The position numbers and the translations under genes are program-made. From Verrucomicrobiota bacterium (GTDB lineage Bacteria > Verrucomicrobiota > Verrucomicrobiia > Limisphaerales > JAEYXS01), in assembly GCA_021156225.1 (NCBI GenBank), contig JAJNBN010000001.1, positions 1 through 28,905 on the forward strand: a stretch of 28,905 nucleotides of DNA, given 5' to 3'. Below the pieces are notes generated by a model, which did no database searches, was not told the origin of the DNA, and saw nothing but the letters and a program-made list of their open reading frames with translations. The stretch's first letter is position 1; each line of letters starts with the position of its first letter. Below, in pieces: positions 1-6,075 of this stretch.

Positions 1-1
1 G

Positions 2-1045
2 CTCATCGCCCCTGTCATCTTCGACCACTATTACGAGTTTCACCTCACCGTGGTTGCGGCCCCGCTCGTCTTTCTGCTCGCCGTCTGGCATGACCGCCGC
101 AGTTACACCCGGCGCATCGCATTTGACCTCACTTTGGGCGTCGCTCTCGGGCTCATCATCTTCATCGCCGCCGGTCTGCTTCGGGAGATTCAGGTCGACC
201 GCAAATCCGCCTCCGTCACCCAGCGCAATTTCTATGGTGCTCTCACCGTGTTCGATTATTACAAGGACGAGCCCAACCACCATTACCGCGTCTTGCAGCA
301 TGGCACCATCACCCACGGGCTTCAGTTCGTAGAACCCCTCGCTGCCAAGTGGGCGACCTCATATTACAGCGACCGCTCCGGCATCGGCCTCGCCATCACG
401 CATTTCCCGCGCGAACAAAATCGCCGCATCGGTCTCGTCGGCCTCGGCACCGGCTCCCTCTCCATCTATGGCCGTCCTGGCGATTACCTCCGCATCTACG
501 AGATCAATCCCATCGTCGTCCATTTCGCCACCAATTACTTCACCTACCTGAAGGACTCCGAATACAAGATCGATATCGCCCTCGGTGACGCCCGCCTCAC
601 CATGGAAAAGGAGCTGGAGCGCGGTGAAGACCAGAAGTTCGACATCATCGCCTTGGACGCCTTCAGCAGTGACGCCATCCCCGCCCACCTCCTGACCGTC
701 CAGGCCTTCGAGATCTATCGCAAACATCTCAAGCCCGATGGCGTCATCGTCGTCCACGTCTCCAACCGTTATCTCGATCTGCGACCCGTCGTCCTAAAGC
801 TGGCGGAAAACATCAACTGGCAGACCGTCACCATCGATGATGATCCGGATGACAGCGAAGACCGCAGCGACAAATGGTGGTTCTACGCTTCCACCTGGAT
901 TCTCGTCAGCCAGAACCAGGAGCTCCTTGGCAAAGACGCCATCCGCGGCAACGCCTACGAATACAGCGAAGAAGCAGAGCTAAAGAAAAAGCAAAGCCGT
1001 CTCTGGACAGATGACTACAGCGCCCTGTTCGAAGTGCTCTACTAA
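2..1045 (+). CDS. Spermidine synthase-like / fused membrane-SAM-binding protein, C-terminal part (5' end outside window)
   Basis: Frame is open from position 2 (LIAPVIFDHYYEF...). Motifs HGTITHGLQF, TSYY, RIGLVGLGTGSL, YEINP, GDARL, DIIALDAFSSDAIPAHLLT and LWTDDYS match the 'fused MFS/spermidine synthase' family. Confidence 0.85.
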   Translation, partial: LIAPVIFDHYYEFHLTVVAAPLVFLLAVWHDRRSYTRRIAFDLTLGVALGLIIFIAAGLLREIQVDRKSASVTQRNFYGALTVFDYYKDEPNHHYRVLQHGTITHGLQFVEPLAAKWATSYYSDRSGIGLAITHFPREQNRRIGLVGLGTGSLSIYGRPGDYLRIYEINPIVVHFATNYFTYLKDSEYKIDIALGDARLTMEKELERGEDQKFDIIALDAFSSDAIPAHLLTVQAFEIYRKHLKPDGVIVVHVSNRYLDLRPVVLKLAENINWQTVTIDDDPDDSEDRSDKWWFYASTWILVSQNQELLGKDAIRGNAYEYSEEAELKKKQSRLWTDDYSALFEVLY

Positions 1046-1050
1046 GACGG

Positions 1051-1962
1051 TCACTTGACCGCCTGCACCGCCGCCGTCTTTTGTTCCGCCGGAACAGACG
1101 CCGATTCCTTCGGCAATTCCGGCATCTTATCCAACGGATACAGGTCCAGTTTCCGGAAGAAAATCTCCGCCCCGTTCGATTGCAACAGGATCTTGCCCCG
1201 GTTAGGCAGTAAGCTCGTCGCCTCTACACTCAGCTTGCCATTCACCAGCACGCGCATCTTGTCCCCCACGCCGAAGATCTCCAGCGTGTTCCATTCGCCC
1301 AGCTTGTTCTCCAGCTCTTGCTTCGGCTTGCCGATCTCCGTCCAGGCGCGTGAATGATTATTGGTTCCCACCGTGAATCTCGCGCCGCCATGGATCACCA
1401 CATTCCCCGTCCGCCCTTCGGCGATCTGCGATTCAAAACCCCGCATCCATTCCTTGTCTTCACCCGTCCCATGGATGAAGAGCCCGCTGCTGCGCGGCTT
1501 TTGAGAACGGTCGCCAAATTTGCCTTCACCCCATTTGTACTCCGCCACCAGCCGGAAATCCGAATGCTCCTTGCGCGTGGCCAGATAACCCAGCTTCTCC
1601 CCCGATATGCGCAAGACACCCTCGGTGACGGAAAAGACGCCCTTGGGATCAACAAACACACCCGCCCCCGCTATCCAGGAATAAAAATTCTCCAACCCTT
1701 CTTCGCTCAACAAACTCGTGACCCCGCTCTTGTCCTCGGCCTTTGCCTCTTCCTCTTTTGCTGGTTCAACTGCCGCCTTTGGGTCCACCGGCACCGCTTC
1801 CTTCGCCTTGCCCTCAGTGACGGCCGGCGCCGGAATGGCCGCGGTTTGCGCCATGCCGCTTGCCGATGCCAGCATGCCTAACCCCGTTAATAGCGCCAAA
1901 GCCACGCCACGCGGAATCATCGCCAGCCTCCGCTCGGAGGCGCTTGATATGTTTCTAGCCAT
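1051..1962 (-). CDS. DUF1080 (3-keto-disaccharide hydrolase family) exported protein
   Basis: Motifs LRISGEKLGYL, FRLVAEYKWG, ESQI, GEWNTLEI, VLVNG and GKILLQSNGAEIFFR. A hydrophobic signal-like segment is followed by an Ala/Pro/Lys/Glu linker. Start moved from 2076 to ATG 1962 (1920 also possible) because TTGCCA-17-GATGGT lies 7 nt upstream. Confidence 0.8.
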   Translation of the reverse strand: MARNISSASERRLAMIPRGVALALLTGLGMLASASGMAQTAAIPAPAVTEGKAKEAVPVDPKAAVEPAKEEEAKAEDKSGVTSLLSEEGLENFYSWIAGAGVFVDPKGVFSVTEGVLRISGEKLGYLATRKEHSDFRLVAEYKWGEGKFGDRSQKPRSSGLFIHGTGEDKEWMRGFESQIAEGRTGNVVIHGGARFTVGTNNHSRAWTEIGKPKQELENKLGEWNTLEIFGVGDKMRVLVNGKLSVEATSLLPNRGKILLQSNGAEIFFRKLDLYPLDKMPELPKESASVPAEQKTAAVQAVK

Positions 1963-2106
1963 AACCCGCACCATCCTCCCCCCGGTGAACTTTGGCAACG
2001 CCATTCTCAGCTTACGACTGAAACTCCGTAGCCCTGCGGAGCACGGATTCCTCATTGCCCCCTGTAACCTCCCCACCCCATACTCCCGTCCAATCTAGGC
2101 AACCAC

Positions 2107-4017
2107 ATGAAACGCGCTTTCATCTTTCTCAGCCTCTTCATCGCTTTGCTGGTCCAGGCTGCTGACCGTCCCAACATCCTCTGGATCACCAGTGAGGACA
2201 ACGGCCCGCAGCTCGGCTGCTACGGCGATACCTACGCCACCACACCGAATCTCGATGCCCTTGCGAAACGCGGCATGCTCTACCGCAAAGCCTGGTCCTG
2301 CGCTCCAGTCTGTGCGCCCGCCCGCACCACCATCATCTCCGGCATGTATCCCACCTCCACCGGCGCCGAGCACATGCGCAGCGAGGTGAACCTGCCCGCA
2401 GGCTTCAAGATGTACCCGCAATTCCTCCGCGAAGCCGGTTACTACTGCAGCAACAACAGCAAGGAAGACTACAACCTCGTGAAACCCGGCCAGGTCTGGG
2501 ACGACTCCTCGGGCAAAGGCCACTGGAAAAATCGCGCTGCCGGTCAGCCCTTCTTCGCCATCTTCAACCACACCGTCAGCCACGAAAGCCAGCTCCGCAC
2601 CCGCCCGCACACCGCCGTGCATGACCCGGCAAAAGTCCGCGTCCCCGCCTATCACCCGGACACTCCCGAAGTCCGCCAGGACTGGGCGCAGTATTACGAC
2701 AAGATCACCGAGATGGACACCCTCGCCGGTAAGAACATGAAAGAGCTCGATGAAGCGGGCCTGGCCGAGCACACCATCATCTTCTATTACGGCGATCACG
2801 GCTCCGGCATGCCCCGCAGCAAACGCTGGCCCTACAACTCCGGCCTGCACGTCCCCCTCATCGTCTATTTCCCGCCCAAATACCAACACCTCGCGCCAAA
2901 GGATTATCAGCCCGGCGGCGAATCCTCCCGCCTGGTCAGCTTCGTGGACCTCGCGCCTACCCTCCTCAGCCTCATCGATGTGAAGCCACCCGCTTGGATG
3001 CAAGGTCACGCCTTCGCCGGCAAATACGATGCCGCGCCGCAACCTTACGTTTACGGCTTCCGCGGCCGCATGGATGAACGCTACGACCTCGTCCGCTCCG
3101 TGCGCGACGACCGCTACATCTACATCCGCCACTACCTGCCGCATCTGCCTTACGGCCAATATCTGAACTACATGTTCCAGACACCCACGACGCGCATCTG
3201 GAAACAGCTCTATGACGAAGGCAAACTGAACGCCACCCAATCGCGCTTCTGGCAAACCAAACCCTCAGAAGAACTCTACGACCTCCAGAGTGACCGCGAC
3301 GAAATCAACAACCTCGCCACCTCCAAAGATCATCAAGCCATCCTGAACCGCCTACGCAAAGCCCATGAAGAGTGGGTAATGAAAACTCGCGATGTCGGCT
3401 TCCTCCCCGAAGGCGAAGTCCACTCCCGCGCGAAAGGTTCCTCACCTTATGAGATCGCCCAGAACGACAAGACCTACGATCTCAAATCCATTCACGCCAT
3501 GGCCGCCCTCGCCTCCTCGCTCAAGCCTGATACGTTTCCTGAACTCAAGCGCGGCCTGAAACACAGCGACAGCGCCGTCCGCTGGTGGGCCGCCCAAGGC
3601 ATCCTCATGCGCGGCGATAGTGCTGTGAAACAAGCCCTGCCCGAACTCCGCGCCGCCCTGAAAGACTCTTCCACCTACGTCCGCAACACCGCCGCCGAAG
3701 CCCTCGGCCGCTTCGGTGAGGCTTCCGATCTCACTCCCAGCCTCGCCATCCTCATCGCCGATGCCGACTTCACCAAGACCGGTTTCTATTCTGCCCTCTA
3801 TGCCCTCAACGGCATTGATCATCTCGAAACCAAGGCGAAAGCCAATGTCACTGGCATCAAAGCCCTGCCCAATGAACTGACCGGTTACCCCGGAAAACTC
3901 GGCGAATACATCCCCCGCCTGCAAGAACGCATCCTCGAAAACCTGGGTGAAAAAATCACCCGCCCTCCTGGCGAAGCCCCCGCTGCCAAAGGGAAGAAAA
4001 AGAAGAAGGCCGAATAA
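2107..4017 (+). CDS. Formylglycine-dependent (S1) sulfatase, N-sulfoglucosamine sulfohydrolase-like, with C-terminal HEAT repeats
   Basis: Signal peptide, RPNILWITSED, CAPAR (CxPxR, 2311-2325), GDHG, SFVDLAPT and ELYDLQSD. The C-terminal SAVRWWAA / STYVRNTAAEALG segments are HEAT-like. Confidence 0.92.
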   Translation: MKRAFIFLSLFIALLVQAADRPNILWITSEDNGPQLGCYGDTYATTPNLDALAKRGMLYRKAWSCAPVCAPARTTIISGMYPTSTGAEHMRSEVNLPAGFKMYPQFLREAGYYCSNNSKEDYNLVKPGQVWDDSSGKGHWKNRAAGQPFFAIFNHTVSHESQLRTRPHTAVHDPAKVRVPAYHPDTPEVRQDWAQYYDKITEMDTLAGKNMKELDEAGLAEHTIIFYYGDHGSGMPRSKRWPYNSGLHVPLIVYFPPKYQHLAPKDYQPGGESSRLVSFVDLAPTLLSLIDVKPPAWMQGHAFAGKYDAAPQPYVYGFRGRMDERYDLVRSVRDDRYIYIRHYLPHLPYGQYLNYMFQTPTTRIWKQLYDEGKLNATQSRFWQTKPSEELYDLQSDRDEINNLATSKDHQAILNRLRKAHEEWVMKTRDVGFLPEGEVHSRAKGSSPYEIAQNDKTYDLKSIHAMAALASSLKPDTFPELKRGLKHSDSAVRWWAAQGILMRGDSAVKQALPELRAALKDSSTYVRNTAAEALGRFGEASDLTPSLAILIADADFTKTGFYSALYALNGIDHLETKAKANVTGIKALPNELTGYPGKLGEYIPRLQERILENLGEKITRPPGEAPAAKGKKKKKAE

Positions 4018-4041
4018 TCAACTTCTGATACGGCTGCAATC

Positions 4042-4130
4042 CGTCCCGGAGGGACGAATGCTAGTAGCCACGGGTGACCAACGGGAACCCGTGGTTGACG
4101 AGTAGTTCTGCACCGCTCCGATAGGAGCGG
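4042..4130 (+). repeat. REP-like three-hairpin element A (GTAG + palindrome)
   Basis: CGTCCC-gga-GGGACG (4042-4056); GTAG (4064-4067) then CCACGGGT-11nt-ACCCGTGG (4068-4094); CCGCTCC-gata-GGAGCGG (4113-4130). Intergenic. Confidence 0.7.
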
Positions 4131-4192
4131 ATGACTTTACCACTTAAACCGTTTCGTAATTTCCCGTTGGAATTATCAACTCATCCCCACAC

Positions 4193-4220
4193 TTGCCCGC
4201 CCACAGAAATAGCCTACCCT
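4193..4220 (+). promoter_or_regulatory. Putative sigma70-type promoter, leaderless arrangement
   Basis: TTGCCC (4193-4198), 16 nt, TACCCT (4215-4220), 6 nt, ATG 4227. No Shine-Dalgarno. Confidence 0.45.
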
Positions 4221-4226
4221 TCTCCC

Positions 4227-4997
4227 ATGCCCATTCTGTTTTATCTTTTGGCACTGGTGCTTTTCGCTTCTTCGTCCTTTGCCCAGGAAAAAGCCGCCGC
4301 CCCCGCATCTGCCACCACCAACGCTGCTCCCGCCCGCTACGAACAACGTCATCGCATCGTCCCCGGTGGCACCGGCCGCTACTACATGGACCGCGAGATC
4401 GCTCACGTCGTCTCCGGCAATGAAACCCTCAAATGGCTCGAACGCCCGGAACGCGAGCAGGAAGAGGACACCAGCAACATGGTCAAACTGCTGGTGCTGA
4501 AACCCGGCGAGAAAGCCGCGGACATCGGGGCCGGAACGGGTTACATTACGCGCCGCATGGCCGAAGCGGTTGGCCCCAAGGGCGCGGTCTACGCCGTGGA
4601 GATCAATGAGGAGATGCTCGAACTGCTGCAAGCGGATGTGCGCAAACGCGGCCATACCAACATCGTTTCCGTCCGGGGCACCGAGACCGATGCCAAGCTG
4701 CCCGCCAACACCCTCGACCTCATCGTGATGGTAGATGTCTATCACGAATTCACCCACCCCTATGAGATGATGGAGAACATGGTGAAAGCCTTGAAGCCCG
4801 GTGGCCGTCTGGTGTTCGTCGAGTTCAAAGCGGAAGACGAAAAAGTCCCCATCTACCCCGCCCACAAGATGTCTGAAGCCCAGGTCAAAAGAGAAGCCCT
4901 CATCTTCAAAGACCTCGAATGGACCAAAACTCACGCAACTCTCCCCTGGCAACACGTCATCATCTTCACCAAGAAAGCCGCGGCCGCCGTTAAATAG
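4227..4997 (+). CDS. Class I SAM-dependent methyltransferase with N-terminal signal peptide
   Basis: MPILFYLLALVLFASSSFA|QE signal. REIAHV..WLERPERE, motif I ADIGAGTGY, AVEIN, DLIVMVDVYHEF, LKPGGRLVFVEF and LPWQH. Start reassigned from 4131 to 4227. Confidence 0.88.
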   Translation: MPILFYLLALVLFASSSFAQEKAAAPASATTNAAPARYEQRHRIVPGGTGRYYMDREIAHVVSGNETLKWLERPEREQEEDTSNMVKLLVLKPGEKAADIGAGTGYITRRMAEAVGPKGAVYAVEINEEMLELLQADVRKRGHTNIVSVRGTETDAKLPANTLDLIVMVDVYHEFTHPYEMMENMVKALKPGGRLVFVEFKAEDEKVPIYPAHKMSEAQVKREALIFKDLEWTKTHATLPWQHVIIFTKKAAAAVK

Positions 4998-5042
4998 TGA
5001 TTCGTGAATCGTTGAATCGCCTCGGAGCTCCAAGCTTTTGCA

Positions 5043-5139
5043 GTGCCAGAGGCACGACCCGATGGTAGCCGTGGGTGCAGCGCAGCAAACCCACGGATAA
5101 ACGTTTGAAGGCAACTCAAGTCGCGTAGCGACGACCCGA
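5043..5139 (+). repeat. REP-like three-hairpin element B (GTAG + palindrome)
   Basis: GTGCC-aga-GGCAC (5043-5055); GTAG (5065-5068) then CCGTGGGT-12nt-ACCCACGG (5069-5096); GTCGC-gta-GCGAC (5120-5132). GACCCGA follows both short hairpins. Confidence 0.72.
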
Positions 5140-5218
5140 CCTTTCTCTCGATGATGGAAGTTGGGCGTTCGATGTTTTCCCCTTCTTCATTCTCCCCTCT
5201 TAATTCTTCATTTCCAAA

Positions 5219-5746
5219 TCACAACGCCTCTATGCGCTCCCACAACGGCTTCAGATCCTCATCCACGATCGCCATCGCCTTGATCGTCCGCACATCTCCC
5301 GCGATGTCCATCGCCTTCTGCAACCAAACCCACGCCTCATCCAGCCGCCCCATCTGTGCCGCATAACACGCTAGATTATACGGGATGATCTTCTCCTTCG
5401 GAAACTGGTCCGCCGCTGGCCGCAACGCATGCCACGCCTTCTCCAATCCCCCACCCGGCGTCCGCCGCAAACTGTAAGCCCGGTGCACCCAGCCGAAAGA
5501 ATCCTGTGGCGCGACCTCGATCAACCGCTCTGCCACCGTCAGTGATTCCGCCCACTCCTTCACCTCTGCGTGCAATTGCCACAACAGCTCCAGCACCTCC
5601 GGTTGGTCCCGCCCCGCTGGCGTCAATGACTGCAACTCCACCACCGCCTCGCGCGAATTGCCCAGCATGGACCAGCCGATGGCCGCATCGAACAAGAAAT
5701 TGTCCGGATGCTCGAACCGCGGTTTGTGCTGTTTTTTGATCGCCAT
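5219..5746 (-). CDS. Short tetratricopeptide-repeat (TPR) protein
   Basis: HPD..LFDAAIGWSMLGN, helical TPR pattern (GWVHRAYSLR, AWHALRPAA) and YNLACYAAQMG. Start moved from 6034 to ATG 5746, which has AGGGAG upstream; the extension is compositionally non-coding. Confidence 0.8.
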   Translation of the reverse strand: MAIKKQHKPRFEHPDNFLFDAAIGWSMLGNSREAVVELQSLTPAGRDQPEVLELLWQLHAEVKEWAESLTVAERLIEVAPQDSFGWVHRAYSLRRTPGGGLEKAWHALRPAADQFPKEKIIPYNLACYAAQMGRLDEAWVWLQKAMDIAGDVRTIKAMAIVDEDLKPLWERIEAL

Positions 5747-6000
5747 GCGCTGCTCCCTAAAAATGGAACCCAAAACCCCGGAAAGCAAGCCACAGAAGTG
5801 GAGCGTGGCCGTCTCGGCCACAGCAACGTCCTTAAGCAAAGGCTGGCCAACCTTCGTCAAAAATCCCACGACCGAGATTTCTTCCTCACGTCCCAACCAT
5901 TCTGCAGGCCACCTGCACCATTCACCTTGCTGTGCCTGCGAACGGACACGCTCTCTCCACTTTGCTCCTTTCCCTTCGATGTTTCCCCACCATTGGCCCG

Positions 6001-6038
6001 CCGGTTCACCCCGTGCCGACAGGTCGGGGTGCAACCGG
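6001..6038. other. Strong intergenic hairpin
   Basis: CCGGTT-CACCCCG-(11 nt)-CGGGGTG-c-AACCGG, a 13-bp stem with one bulge. It ends 2 nt before the putative -35 of the GH31 gene. Confidence 0.6.
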
Positions 6039-6075
6039 CCTTGTTCCTTCGCCCCATTCCGTCTTTACTCAGCGC

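Noticed and set aside
50-1045. Calling the first gene speE
   Set aside because: It belongs to the membrane-fused spermidine-synthase-like family, whose activity is unproven, and the gene is truncated by the window.
2024-2041. Imperfect inverted repeat between the divergent DUF1080 and sulfatase promoters
   Set aside because: Short, GC-rich, single instance with no cognate regulator identified.
4042-5139. Calling the REP-flanked gene a composite transposon or IS
   Set aside because: No transposase, terminal inverted repeats or target-site duplication are visible. Kept only as a hypothesis.
4042-5139. CRISPR array or tRNA reading of the hairpin clusters
   Set aside because: Only two dissimilar units about 1 kb apart, with no repeat-spacer period, no cas genes, and no cloverleaf or T-loop consensus.
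4998-5212. Short low-complexity repeats (GTGAATCG/TTGAATCG; TTCTTCATT twice)
   Set aside because: Two copies each, too short to distinguish from chance or common intergenic filler.
5219-5746. TPR, PH or Sel1 proteins as parts of an anti-phage system
   Set aside because: No nuclease, NTPase, TIR/SIR2 or toxin domain is present anywhere in the window.
5747-6075. N-terminal extensions of the TPR ORF (to 6034) and GH31 ORF (from 5932), which would overlap head-to-head
   Set aside because: The extensions have non-protein-like composition, and better starts with promoter or SD support exist at 5746 and 6076.
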